Part shown: positions 20,334-29,699 of the stretch, one piece after another | Numbering within the stretch: the stretch's first letter is position 1 | Layout of the letters: each line of letters opens with the position of its first letter | Source: an uncultured bacterium | GTDB lineage: Bacteria > Verrucomicrobiota > Verrucomicrobiia > Limisphaerales > UBA8199 | Assembly (NCBI GenBank): GCA_963749495.1 | Contig: CAVVMW010000023.1 | Coordinates: 96,001-160,000, forward strand | Direction of reading: 5' to 3' | Length of the DNA: 64,000 bases | Notes under the pieces: model-generated | The model's input: the letters and a program-made list of their open reading frames with translations, nothing else | Databases searched by the model: none | Told to the model about the DNA's origin: nothing | Translations under genes and position numbers: made by a program

Positions 20334-20552
20334 ATCCTGAAAGGATGGGAGTCACTCAGCCCAGGGTTGCCCTGCCCTTTCGCAAGAAAGGGCGGGGCTA
20401 CCCTGGGGCCAAGCCACCAAATCCTGGAAACCCTGAAAGGGTTTCAGCAGCGGGGATACAACCCTTTCAGGGTAGTTGCTCAGAGGGCGCGTGACCCAGG
20501 GTAGCGCGTGCCGCGCAACCCCTGGGCTGAGTGATCAGAAGCCCTTCGGGCT
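20334..20552. repeat. Paired inverted REP-like element
   Basis: tcactcagcccagggttgc ... gcaaccctgggctgagtga outer inverted repeat; accctgaaagggtt ... aaccctttcagggt inner. Confidence 0.8.
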
Positions 20553-20718
20553 AGTGAGAGGGGTCCCTCGGGCCTCTCTCGCGTGGTGCTACCCGCCAGA
20601 TGCCCCTGTCCAGCCGCAATTCTATCTTGCGAACCTGTTGAGCAGGCTACATTCTTTCCCTGGTGCGAGCGTCGGCTCGAACGGGCAACCGACCTGAGCG
20701 AATCCTGAGTGACCTGTT

Positions 20719-22812
20719 ATGAAAGAATATCAACCTGGTGACATCCGCAATTTCGCAATCGTAGGCCATGCTTCGTCCGGCAAAACCATGCTCAGCGAGA
20801 GCATGCTGGCGTGCGCCGGCGTGATCAACCGCCTCGGCAGCATCCCCGCGGGGTCCACGGTGTCCGATTATCATGAGAGCGAGCAGCACCGGCAGATCTC
20901 CGTCTGGACCAGCCTCCTGCACTTGGATTGGCAGGACAAGAAGCTCAACGTCCTGGATTGTCCCGGGTATGCCGATTTCATCAGCGAGGGCCTGGGCGCC
21001 TTGCGAGTGAGCGATTTTGCGGTGCTGGTGGTCCATGCCAACCACGGCCCCGGCGTCGGCACCGACGCCATGTGGAAATACGCGACGCAGCTCGGCATCC
21101 CAAAGGTGATCGTGGTCAACGCGTTCGACAAGGAAGAGACCGATTTCCAGAAGACCCTGACTCAACTGCGCGAGCGCTACGGGGAGCGCATCTTCCCCCT
21201 GGCCGTCCCGGTCAACGCCGGCCCCGGCTTCAACCAGGTCCTCGATGTCCAGCGCAATGCCCTCCTGACCTACGCCTCCGACAAGAGCGGCAAGTTCACC
21301 GAGGCCCCGGCCGCCGGCGCCCTGGCCGAACGCGCCAAGGCCCTGCACAACCAGCTCATCGAGTTCATTGCCGAGTCCGACGACGCGCTCCTGGAGCGGT
21401 TCTTCGCCCAGGGCGGGCTGTCCGACGACGAGATGCGCGCCAGCCTGCACACCGCCCTTCAGAAACAGGTCTTCACTCCGCTCTTCGTCACCTCGGCCGA
21501 CAACAACATCGGCGTCGCCCGTTTGCTGGATTTCATCGCCAAGTACGGCTTCTCCCCCGCCGACTCTCCCAAGGCCAAGGCCGCCGATGCCGAAGGCCAG
21601 GAGGTCCAAATCGCCTTGTCCGACCCCGACCCGGTCCTCTTTGTCTTCAAGACCATGAGCGAGGCCCAGTTCGGCGAGCTCTCCTTCTTCCGCGTCTATT
21701 CCGGCTCCATCAAGTTCGGCAGCGAACTCTACAACACCGACCGCCGCAGCACCGAGAAGATCGGCCAGATTTATCTCCTCAACGGCAAGACCCGCACCAG
21801 CGTCCCCACTTTGAGCGCCGGCGACATCGGCGCCGTCGTCAAGCTCAAGGACACGCAGACCGGCAATACCCTCTGCATTGCCAAGAAACCGGTCTGGTTG
21901 CCCAAGGTCGAGTACCCCAAGCCCAACATCCATGCCTCGCTCAAGAGCGGGGTCAAGGGCGAAGAGGACAAGATCGCCTCCGGCCTGGCCGCCCTGCACC
22001 ACGAAGACCCGACCTTCCTTTACATGGTCGATTCGGAGTTGCGTCAGACCATCGTCTCGGCCCAGGGCGAGTTGCACCTGGAGGTCATCGCCGACCACCT
22101 GCGCCGCCGCTACAACGTCCATGTCGAGTTGAGCGAGCCCCGCGTCCGCTACCGCGAGACCATCAAGGCCCGCGGCGAATCCAAATACCGCCACAAAAAG
22201 CAGACCGGCGGCGCCGGCCAATTCGCCGAAGTCTGGATGCGCATCGAACCCAAGCCGCGCGACACCGGCGTCGAGTTCACCCAGTCCCTCAGCGGCCAGA
22301 ACGTGGACCGCGTCTTCGTGCCGTCGGTCGAAAAGGGCGTCATGAAGGCCTGCGAAGAGGGCATCCTGGCCGGTTACCGCGTGGTGGACGTGAAGATCGA
22401 CTTCTACGATGGCAAGATGCACCCGGTGGACTCGAAGGATATCGCCTTCCAGATCGCCGGCTATTTCGGATTCAAAGAGGCCTTTAACCTGGCCCGCCCG
22501 TGCCTGCTCGAACCGATCCACCTGGTCGAAATCCGCATCCCGGAGGACTGCATGGGCAAGGTCATGGGCGACCTCTCCAGCCGCCGCGGCAAGATCCAGG
22601 GCATGGACATGGAAGGCGGGGTCCAGCTCATCAAGGCCCACGTCCCGGCCAAAGAGCTCTACCGCTACTCCAGCACCCTCCGCTCTCTGACCGGCGGACG
22701 CGGCCTCCACGCCGAGTCCTTCAGCCACTACGAAGAAATGCCCCGCGACGCCGAGGCCAAGGTCATCGAGGAAAGCAAGAAGGCACGCCAGCAGCAAGCG
22801 GCCGAGGGCTAG
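20719..22812 (+). CDS. Elongation factor G paralogue (EF-G2-like)
   Basis: GHASSGKT, DCPGYADF, NAFD, GELHLE, YRETI, KKQTGGAGQFA, H.VDS; stand-alone, not in an str operon. Confidence 0.93.
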   Translation: MKEYQPGDIRNFAIVGHASSGKTMLSESMLACAGVINRLGSIPAGSTVSDYHESEQHRQISVWTSLLHLDWQDKKLNVLDCPGYADFISEGLGALRVSDFAVLVVHANHGPGVGTDAMWKYATQLGIPKVIVVNAFDKEETDFQKTLTQLRERYGERIFPLAVPVNAGPGFNQVLDVQRNALLTYASDKSGKFTEAPAAGALAERAKALHNQLIEFIAESDDALLERFFAQGGLSDDEMRASLHTALQKQVFTPLFVTSADNNIGVARLLDFIAKYGFSPADSPKAKAADAEGQEVQIALSDPDPVLFVFKTMSEAQFGELSFFRVYSGSIKFGSELYNTDRRSTEKIGQIYLLNGKTRTSVPTLSAGDIGAVVKLKDTQTGNTLCIAKKPVWLPKVEYPKPNIHASLKSGVKGEEDKIASGLAALHHEDPTFLYMVDSELRQTIVSAQGELHLEVIADHLRRRYNVHVELSEPRVRYRETIKARGESKYRHKKQTGGAGQFAEVWMRIEPKPRDTGVEFTQSLSGQNVDRVFVPSVEKGVMKACEEGILAGYRVVDVKIDFYDGKMHPVDSKDIAFQIAGYFGFKEAFNLARPCLLEPIHLVEIRIPEDCMGKVMGDLSSRRGKIQGMDMEGGVQLIKAHVPAKELYRYSSTLRSLTGGRGLHAESFSHYEEMPRDAEAKVIEESKKARQQQAAEG

Positions 22813-22814
22813 CT

Positions 22815-22902
22815 CCGGACCTTCGTCGTGGCCTTTGTCGCGACCTTTGTCGGGTTGGCCGTGCCTCGACAAAGGTCGCGACAAAGGTTGCGACAAAGGT
22901 CA
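22815..22902. repeat. Inverted 12-mer array element (CCTTTGTCGCAA)n-spacer-(CGACAAAGGTTG)n
   Basis: Further copies at 31416-31527, 39465-39552, 52241-52328 and 56295-56357. Confidence 0.88.
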
Positions 22903-22949
22903 GGGATCGGAGCTTCCAGGTTAATTTTGCCAGCCGCTCCCGCGCGGAG

Positions 22950-24461
22950 CTACTCCAAGTTCCACGTCCTGGGCACCTCGACGAGGTCCGAGCGCGTGCG
23001 GCCCTTCTCGGTGATGCGTGCCAGGAAATAGACGTTGCCGTTGCTGCCCACGGCGATTGAATTGACATAGAGCGGGCGCTGGCCGTTCTCGTAAAAGATC
23101 GCGCCGCGGTCGGTGTACTTGCCCTCGGGGATATCGTAGGTCACCAGGTGCAAGTCCTCCAAGCCCTTGGCCTCGCCCATGGCCGTGCTGGACTTGCCGG
23201 CCAGGCGCTTGCCCTCCACATAAATGGGCGCGCCGGTCAGGTAATGCAGCGTGCGCCCATCCGGCCCGAGCGTGAAACCGAGGTAACCGTAGCTGAACTG
23301 GTCGAACATCCCTGAGCGTTTGGAAGGTTCCGAGGTCAGCCGCTCCAGCACCTCCAGACGCGGCACGTCCGGCTCGAACCGGAACAAGTAGCCCGAGTTG
23401 CCGTGTACGCCATAAATGGACTGGGTCCGAGGCTCCCAAACCGTTTGGCGCCAGTTGTAGCCCATGTGCCCCGGCGAGGCCGGGTCATACAGCCCAAAGT
23501 AATCCTTCTTCATCTCCTCGCCCGCCACGGGCTGGAATGAATCGGCCTGGGGGCTATAGACCATGATGGCGCCCTCGGAGGTCGTGAACCAGGCGCGCCC
23601 GCTTTCCGGGTCCACGCAGATCGAGCGGCAAATCGTCCGGTAGGCGGCGCCTTTGCCGTCTTCGCCCTCCGCGCACGTCTTGCCCAGGTTCTTGAATTGC
23701 CGCTGCGCCAGGTCATAGCGGAAGAAACAGCCCGACGGCCAGGTCAGCCCGAAGATGCGGCCGTGGCGCCTGTCCATGTTCATCGCCAGGACCCCTTCGC
23801 GTCCCGGCACGATGCCAAAGTCCTCGAACGAGCCCGCTTTCAAGTCGTAGGCCAGCAGGTGCCCGCCCGGATAGGGTTTGTAGCCGGGCGGCGGCACGCC
23901 CATCTTCTCCATGCCGTCAATGATGGTATAAACGCCCACGTGGGTGGCGAAATAGAGTTTGCCGCCGGTCTCGACGAAGTTGACGTGGCTCTTGCCCTGG
24001 GGAATCGCCTTGAGGGCCTTTTCACCGCAGACCTCCGTCAAATCGGCCAGGTGCCGGATCTTCCGTGCAGCAGGGTCGAAGCTGAACATCTGCGCGCCCA
24101 CGTCAATCAATTCGGAGCTGAGCACGTAATAAATCAGGCCGTCGCTCCCCCGTCCCATGGCGTTGTAAGTGTCATGCCCCTGCGTAAAGCCGGAGTCGTA
24201 GGTGCGGGCGGCCAACTTGGGTGATTCCGCTGCGCTTGCGGGCGCCGCCCACGCCAGCCAGAGCAGGCAGGACAGGAGGATGCTGGGCGATTTCCATGGA
24301 CCGCCCCGAAGTCCGCAAGGTTTTGGACTGCGGCAGTCCTCTGCCGCTTTAGCGTCCCCAGGGTCCAAAAAGCGGCAGAGGACTGCCGCAGTCCAAAACG
24401 CTGCGCGCCGGGCGACGACCCTCGGGTTCAAGTTCCCAAGGCGGGGTTTGAGACATTTCAT
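22950..24461 (-). CDS. Secreted hypothetical protein, probably a beta-propeller; N-terminus overlaps a repeat element
   Basis: Signal peptide (SILLSCLLWLAWAAPASAAE) and repeated L..YD/F.FD strands; start uncertain. Confidence 0.8.
   Translation of the reverse strand: MKCLKPRLGNLNPRVVARRAAFWTAAVLCRFLDPGDAKAAEDCRSPKPCGLRGGPWKSPSILLSCLLWLAWAAPASAAESPKLAARTYDSGFTQGHDTYNAMGRGSDGLIYYVLSSELIDVGAQMFSFDPAARKIRHLADLTEVCGEKALKAIPQGKSHVNFVETGGKLYFATHVGVYTIIDGMEKMGVPPPGYKPYPGGHLLAYDLKAGSFEDFGIVPGREGVLAMNMDRRHGRIFGLTWPSGCFFRYDLAQRQFKNLGKTCAEGEDGKGAAYRTICRSICVDPESGRAWFTTSEGAIMVYSPQADSFQPVAGEEMKKDYFGLYDPASPGHMGYNWRQTVWEPRTQSIYGVHGNSGYLFRFEPDVPRLEVLERLTSEPSKRSGMFDQFSYGYLGFTLGPDGRTLHYLTGAPIYVEGKRLAGKSSTAMGEAKGLEDLHLVTYDIPEGKYTDRGAIFYENGQRPLYVNSIAVGSNGNVYFLARITEKGRTRSDLVEVPRTWNLE
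24293..24461. repeat. Composite palindromic element, copy 2
   Basis: ttttggactgcggcagtcctctgccgcttt...aaagcggcagaggactgccgcagtccaaaa; aligns with 11914-12088. Confidence 0.85.
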
Positions 24462-24479
24462 AAGGATGGGGTCTAGTTT

Positions 24480-24713
24480 CTAGCGGTCTTGAACAGTGCC
24501 GCCCACCTGGGCTTGGGGTTGGGGCTCCGGTTCGTGGGACTTGCGCCCATGGACCTTCTCGTAGGCGCGGCAAAACGGGCAGAGCTTCTCGAAGGTCTTG
24601 ACCACCCAGAACGCCAGGCCCGCCTGTTTGCGCCGCGCGCGCCGGCAAACCGGGCACTGCGCGCTGCGCTGAGCCAGGAACCGTGTCCGGGCGCTGACGG
24701 CTCGCTCTGTCAT
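24480..24713 (-). CDS. Small hypothetical protein with CPVC and CPFC pairs (possible Zn binding)
   Basis: CPVCRRAR...LCPFCRAYEKVHGRKSHEP; TTGACG-N17-AACAAT-N6-ATG upstream. Confidence 0.7.
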   Translation of the reverse strand: MTERAVSARTRFLAQRSAQCPVCRRARRKQAGLAFWVVKTFEKLCPFCRAYEKVHGRKSHEPEPQPQAQVGGTVQDR

Positions 24714-24876
24714 GCGCCGATTGTTGTCAGGCGACCCACGAACGTCAATCCCGACTTTCCGGAGATCCTTCTGAAAGGATGATTTTGCCACCAATGATTC
24801 TGCCTTGTTCAATGGTTCTGCCCCGGCTGGATTCCTCCCTTTACATTCCCAAACGGATCGCGCAACTTACCGGGAC

Positions 24877-25956
24877 ATGTTGAGATTCGGGATGCGTCTA
24901 TTATCAATGGTGATGCTGCTGTTGGTGGGCAGCCCGCGGTTGCTGCGCGCAGGGGCAGACGAGGCGTCACCCAATTTTGCGGAGGTTTATGAGGCCATTC
25001 GTGCCCACCTGGCGGGGGCAAACGATTCGGAGCTGAACCGCGCCGCCGTGCAGGGGCTGATCTCGGCCCTGGCGCCGAAGGTCTCGCTGGTGACCAACCA
25101 GAGCCAGCCCGCAGAGAGCGGCGTCGAGACCTCGCCGCTGAGCAAATCGAGCGTGTTCGATGAGGCCATCGCTTACATGCGGGTCGAGCGCATCGGCGGG
25201 GGCCTGGCCGAGGCGCTGCGGGATGCGTGCGCCCGGCTGGGCAGGACCAATCAACTCAAAGGGCTGGTCCTGGACCTGCGCTACGCCGGGGGCGCCGACT
25301 ATGCGGCTGCGGCGGCCACTGCGGACCTGTTCGCCAAGCAAGAGCGTCTGCTCTTGAACTGGGGCGCCGGCATGAGGCAATCCAAGGCCAAAAGCGACGC
25401 CATCTCTCTTCCCGTCGTCGTGCTGGTCAACCGGCAGACGGCCGGGGCAGCAGAGGCCCTGGCGGCGCTGGTGCGCGAGCTCGGAGCCGGCTTGATCCTG
25501 GGCGGCAAGACCGCCGGCCAGGCCATGATCGCCCAGGAATACCCGCTTAAGAACGGCGACCGCCTGCGCATTGTCACCACCCCGATTCAAATGGGCGACG
25601 GCTCGGTGCTCTCCGAGGGCGTCAAGCCGGACATCGCGGTCGAGGTCAGCCCGCAGGAGGAGCGGGCCTACTACGGGGATGCCTACCGGGCAGCAGGTGC
25701 GCCCGGCCTGGCCGGGACCGGGCCGGGGCAGACCAACTCCTCCCTGGCCCTTGCGCCGGGCACCAACGCGGCGCGGCGGTTGCGCTTGAACGAGGCCGAA
25801 CTGGTTCGGGAACGCCGCGAAGGGACATTTCCGGAGGCCGACCTGCCGGCGGCGCGCAATCGCGAGCCGGACAAGCCCCAGGTGCGCGACCCGGCGCTGG
25901 CCCGCGCGCTGGACCTGCTCAAGGGCCTGGCCGTGGTCCGCCAGGCGCGCTCTTGA
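24877..25956 (+). CDS. S41 (CtpA-like) peptidase homologue lacking catalytic residues
   Basis: GLVLDLR, PVVVLVN..TAGAAE, GGKTAGQA, GVKPDI, DPAL.RAL. Confidence 0.82.
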   Translation: MLRFGMRLLSMVMLLLVGSPRLLRAGADEASPNFAEVYEAIRAHLAGANDSELNRAAVQGLISALAPKVSLVTNQSQPAESGVETSPLSKSSVFDEAIAYMRVERIGGGLAEALRDACARLGRTNQLKGLVLDLRYAGGADYAAAAATADLFAKQERLLLNWGAGMRQSKAKSDAISLPVVVLVNRQTAGAAEALAALVRELGAGLILGGKTAGQAMIAQEYPLKNGDRLRIVTTPIQMGDGSVLSEGVKPDIAVEVSPQEERAYYGDAYRAAGAPGLAGTGPGQTNSSLALAPGTNAARRLRLNEAELVRERREGTFPEADLPAARNREPDKPQVRDPALARALDLLKGLAVVRQARS

Positions 25957-26050
25957 TTCCAATGAGTCTCATCCTGAACGCGATGACGAACACGGTTCAG
26001 CGTTGACGCTCCCGTGACAGGCATCTCAGCTTAACGCGCCTGATGCTCAA

Positions 26051-28212
26051 ATGAAGACCATCCTCTTTGTTTGCACCGGCAACGTTTGCCGCAGCCCGAT
26101 GGCGGAGGGCCTCTTTCGGCACGCCGCTCGCGGACGGGGCGAGTACCGGGTGCTCTCGGCCGGACTGGGGGCCGTCGAAGGCCAGCCGCCCAGCCCCTAC
26201 GCCATCCAGGCCGTAAAGGAGTTGGGCATCGATATCTCGGGCCTGCGCAGCCGCTTGCTCAGCCCCGGACTGGTCCAGCAGGCCAACTATGTCTTCGGCA
26301 TGACCCACAGCCACATCAATACGGTCATGCTGCTCTACCCGCAGGCCGCCGAGAAGACCTTCCTGCTCCGGGAGTTCGATGAAACGCTGGACCTTTTCGA
26401 GAAGGACATCAGCGACCCCATTGGCGGGTCCTACGAAGTCTATCTCAACTGCCGCGACCAGATCGAGCAGGGGATTGTCTCGCTGCTGCGGTTCCTGGAG
26501 CCGGTCGAGGCGGTCGGCCAACCGGCCGCCCGGACGACCACCGTCGCCCTCGGTTCAGACCATGCCGGCTACCGGCTCAAGGAGGCCCTGCTGGAGCACC
26601 TGGAAAAGCGCGGGGTGAGCGTCGCCGACCATGGGACCCAATCCGAGGAGCCAGTCGACTATCCGGACTTTGCCTACGCGGTGGCGCGGAGCGTGGCGCT
26701 GCGCAAGGCGCAATTTGGCGTGCTGGTCTGCTCGACGGGCATCGGCATGAGCATCACCGCCAACAAGGTCCCGGGCGTTCGCGCCGCCCTGGCGTGCGAC
26801 GAAGAGGCCGCCGCCCTGGCGCGCGGGCACAACGACGCCAATGTCCTTTGCCTGGCTGCCAAGAGCACCTCGCCGGAGGCAGCCCGGAAGATCCTCGATG
26901 TCTTCCTGAGCACCCGCTTTGAAGGCGGCCGCCACGAGCGCCGCGTCAATAAAATGGAAACTCAAATCATCCCCATCGACTTGCGCCTGTGCGCCGTTGA
27001 CCCCGAGGTGGCCCGCGCCATCGAACAGGAACGCCAACGCCAGCAGGAGAATATCGAGTTAATCGCCAGCGAAAACTTCACCAGCCCCGCCGTCATGGAA
27101 GCCCAGGGGTCTGTGCTGACCAATAAATATGCCGAAGGCTACCCCGGGAAACGGTGGTACGGCGGCTGCGAACATGTCGATGTGGTCGAGCAACTGGCCA
27201 TCGACCGGGCCAAGCAGCTCTTTGGCGCGGAGCACGCCAACGTCCAGCCCCACTCGGGCAGCGGCGCCAACATGGCGGTCTATTTCGCCATGCTCAAGCC
27301 CGGCGACAGGATGCTGACCATGGATTTGTCCCATGGCGGCCACCTCACCCATGGCCACAAGGCCAACTTCTCCGGCAGGTTCTTCGAGATCGTCCACTAC
27401 GGCGTCAGCAAGGAGGACGAGCGCATCGATTACGACCAACTGGCCAAGATGGCCCGTGAGCACAAACCCAGGATGATCACCGTCGGCGCCAGCGCCTACC
27501 CCCGCCTCATCGATTTCGAGCGCCTCGGCGCTATCGCCCGCGAGGTCAGCGCCTACCTGCTCGCCGACATCGCCCACATCGCCGGCCTGGTGGCCACCGG
27601 CCTCCATCCCAGCCCCGTCCCTCACGCCGACTTTGTCACGACCACCACTCACAAGACCCTGCGCGGGCCGCGCGGCGGGCTGGTCCTGTGCAAGGAAGCC
27701 TACGCCAAGGAAATCGATTCCCAGACCTTCCCCGGCATCCAGGGCGGTCCCCTCATGCACGTCATCGCCGCCAAGGCGGTCTGTCTCCATGAGGCCCTCC
27801 AGCCCGGCTTCAAGAGCTACCAGGAGCAAATCGTGCGCAACGCCCGAGCCCTGGCAGAGGGCCTGCGGCGCAACAGCTTCCGCCTGGTCAGTGGCGGCAC
27901 CGATAACCACCTCATGCTGGTGGATGTGGGCGCCCGCAACGTCACCGGCAAGGAATGCCAGGGCGCCCTCGACCTGGCCGGCATCACCGTGAACAAGAAC
28001 ACCATCCCCTTCGAGACCCGCTCCCCGTTCCAGGCCAGCGGCATCCGCCTGGGCACCCCGGCGGTGACCACGCGCGGCATGAAAGAGCCGAGATGGCGGC
28101 CATCGCCGACATGATTTCCGAGGTCCTCATGGACCTCAAGAACACCGAGACGATTGGCAAGGTCCGCCAGCGCGTCCGCGAGCTCACCGCCCGGTTCCCG
28201 TTGCCGTACTGA
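26051..28212 (+). CDS. glyA: Fusion of LMW protein phosphatase (YwlE-like), ribose-5-phosphate isomerase B and serine hydroxymethyltransferase; frameshift near 28088
   Basis: [69 protein letters not shown]-terminus EMAAIA...FPLPY lies in the shifted frame. Confidence 0.93.
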
Positions 28213-28216
28213 GCTG

Positions 28217-28243
28217 ATTCGTCATTCGTCATTCGTCATTCGA
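28217..28243. repeat. Heptamer array (ATTCGTC)n
   Basis: attcgtcattcgtcattcgtcattcg; same family at 29546-29635, 35488-35528 and 38355-38388. Confidence 0.85.
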
Positions 28244-28278
28244 AACCCCGCTGCCCACGGAGGCAGAGCGCGCCCCGC

Positions 28279-29483
28279 TCACCTGACGACCTCGAAGGCG
28301 AACCCCTTGAGGTACTCGGTCTCCGGTATCATGGGGATGATAGGATGGTCGGGGGCCTGGGAGAAGACGGCCACGCGGCGGAGCAGGCGGCGGGCGTCGA
28401 AGGCGGCGGCCAGCACCGTGTCCTGGAACAGGGCGGCGTCCACGTGGTGCGAGCAGCAGAAGGTGGCCAGGGTGCCGCCGGGCTTGAGCAGCTTGAGGGC
28501 GCGCAGGTGGATTTCCTTGTAGCCGCGCAGGGCATCGGGCACCGACGAGCGGTTCCGGGTAAAGGAGGGCGGGTCCAGCACGATGAGGTCCCAGCGCGGG
28601 ATGAGCTTCTCGTGCGGTTGCGTTGCCGTTTGGGCCTTGAGCCAGTCGAAGACGTTCACCGCCTCGAACGAGCACTTGCCCTCGAGGGCGTTGGCGGCGG
28701 CATTGCGTTGCGCGGTGGCGATGGCGCCGGCGCTCTGATCCAGCAGGCACACCTGGGCCGCCCCGGCCCGGGCGGCGTGCAGCCCGAAGCCGCCCGAGTA
28801 GCTGAAACAATCCAGCACCTGTCCGCCGCCGGCCAGTTCCGCCACCCGCCGGTAGTTGACCTGCTGATCCAAGTAAAGGCCGGTCTTGTGGCCGCCCAGG
28901 AGGTCCACCTCGAACCGCAGGCCGTTGAGCTGGATGTGGAACGGACCCTCGAGATGGCCGGCCAGCAGCCCGTTGGCGTCGGCCAGCCCTTCGAATTTGC
29001 GCGATGCCGCCTCGTTGCGCTCGACGATAGCGCGCGGGCAGAAGAGCGCCTGCAAGGCGGCCAGGATGAGCGGCTTCCTCTGTTCCATGCCCAGCGAGGA
29101 GATCTGCACCACCAGCGCGTCCTGGTATTTGTCCACGATCAGGCCGCTCAGCGAATCGCTCTCCGCGTTCACGACCCGGAATGAGGCCGCCCCGGGCAGG
29201 TGCTTTTCCCGGACGGCCAGCGCCGCGCGTATGCGGCCTTCGAAAAACCGTTGGTCCACCTCCACCCGCTCCGGCCAGAGGACCCGGACATTGATCTTGG
29301 ACCTCGAATTATAGAACCCCACCCCCAGGAATCGCTGGCGGTGGTCCTTGACCTGGACCAAGTCGCCGTCGGCCGCCGGGTGGGTCAGCCGGAGGATCGC
29401 TCCATGATAAATCCACGGATGGCCCGCCACGATGCGGTCCGCCTCGCCCGGCCTCAACAGGTACCTGTCGGCAATGTCTCCAT
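28279..29483 (-). CDS. RlmI-like class I SAM-dependent rRNA methyltransferase; probable indel near 29460 after the native METLPT start
   Basis: AGHPWIY PUA domain, ESD.L.GLIVD, HKTGLYLDQ, VLDCFSYSGGF, DPPSF, CCSHH, PETEYLK. Confidence 0.9.
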
Positions 29484-29545
29484 AGTGTGCCTGTCGGGCT
29501 CCCAACATAGACGTTGCTCCCAAAGTATCCAGACAGGAGTTTCCC

Positions 29546-29635
29546 GAATGACGAATGACGAATGACGAATGACGAATGACGAAATTGCACCTGGCTGCGC
29601 CCATTCGGCCATTCGTCATTCGTCATTCGTCATTC
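29546..29635. repeat. Inverted heptamer arrays (GAATGAC)5 ... (ATTCGTC)3-4
   Basis: Read directly; forms a large hairpin. Confidence 0.88.
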
Positions 29636-29699
29636 AGTCCTCTGCCCCACATTTCCCTCAAGCTCCTGTCGGAACAGCCGATAGATCCGCTCAGGACAT

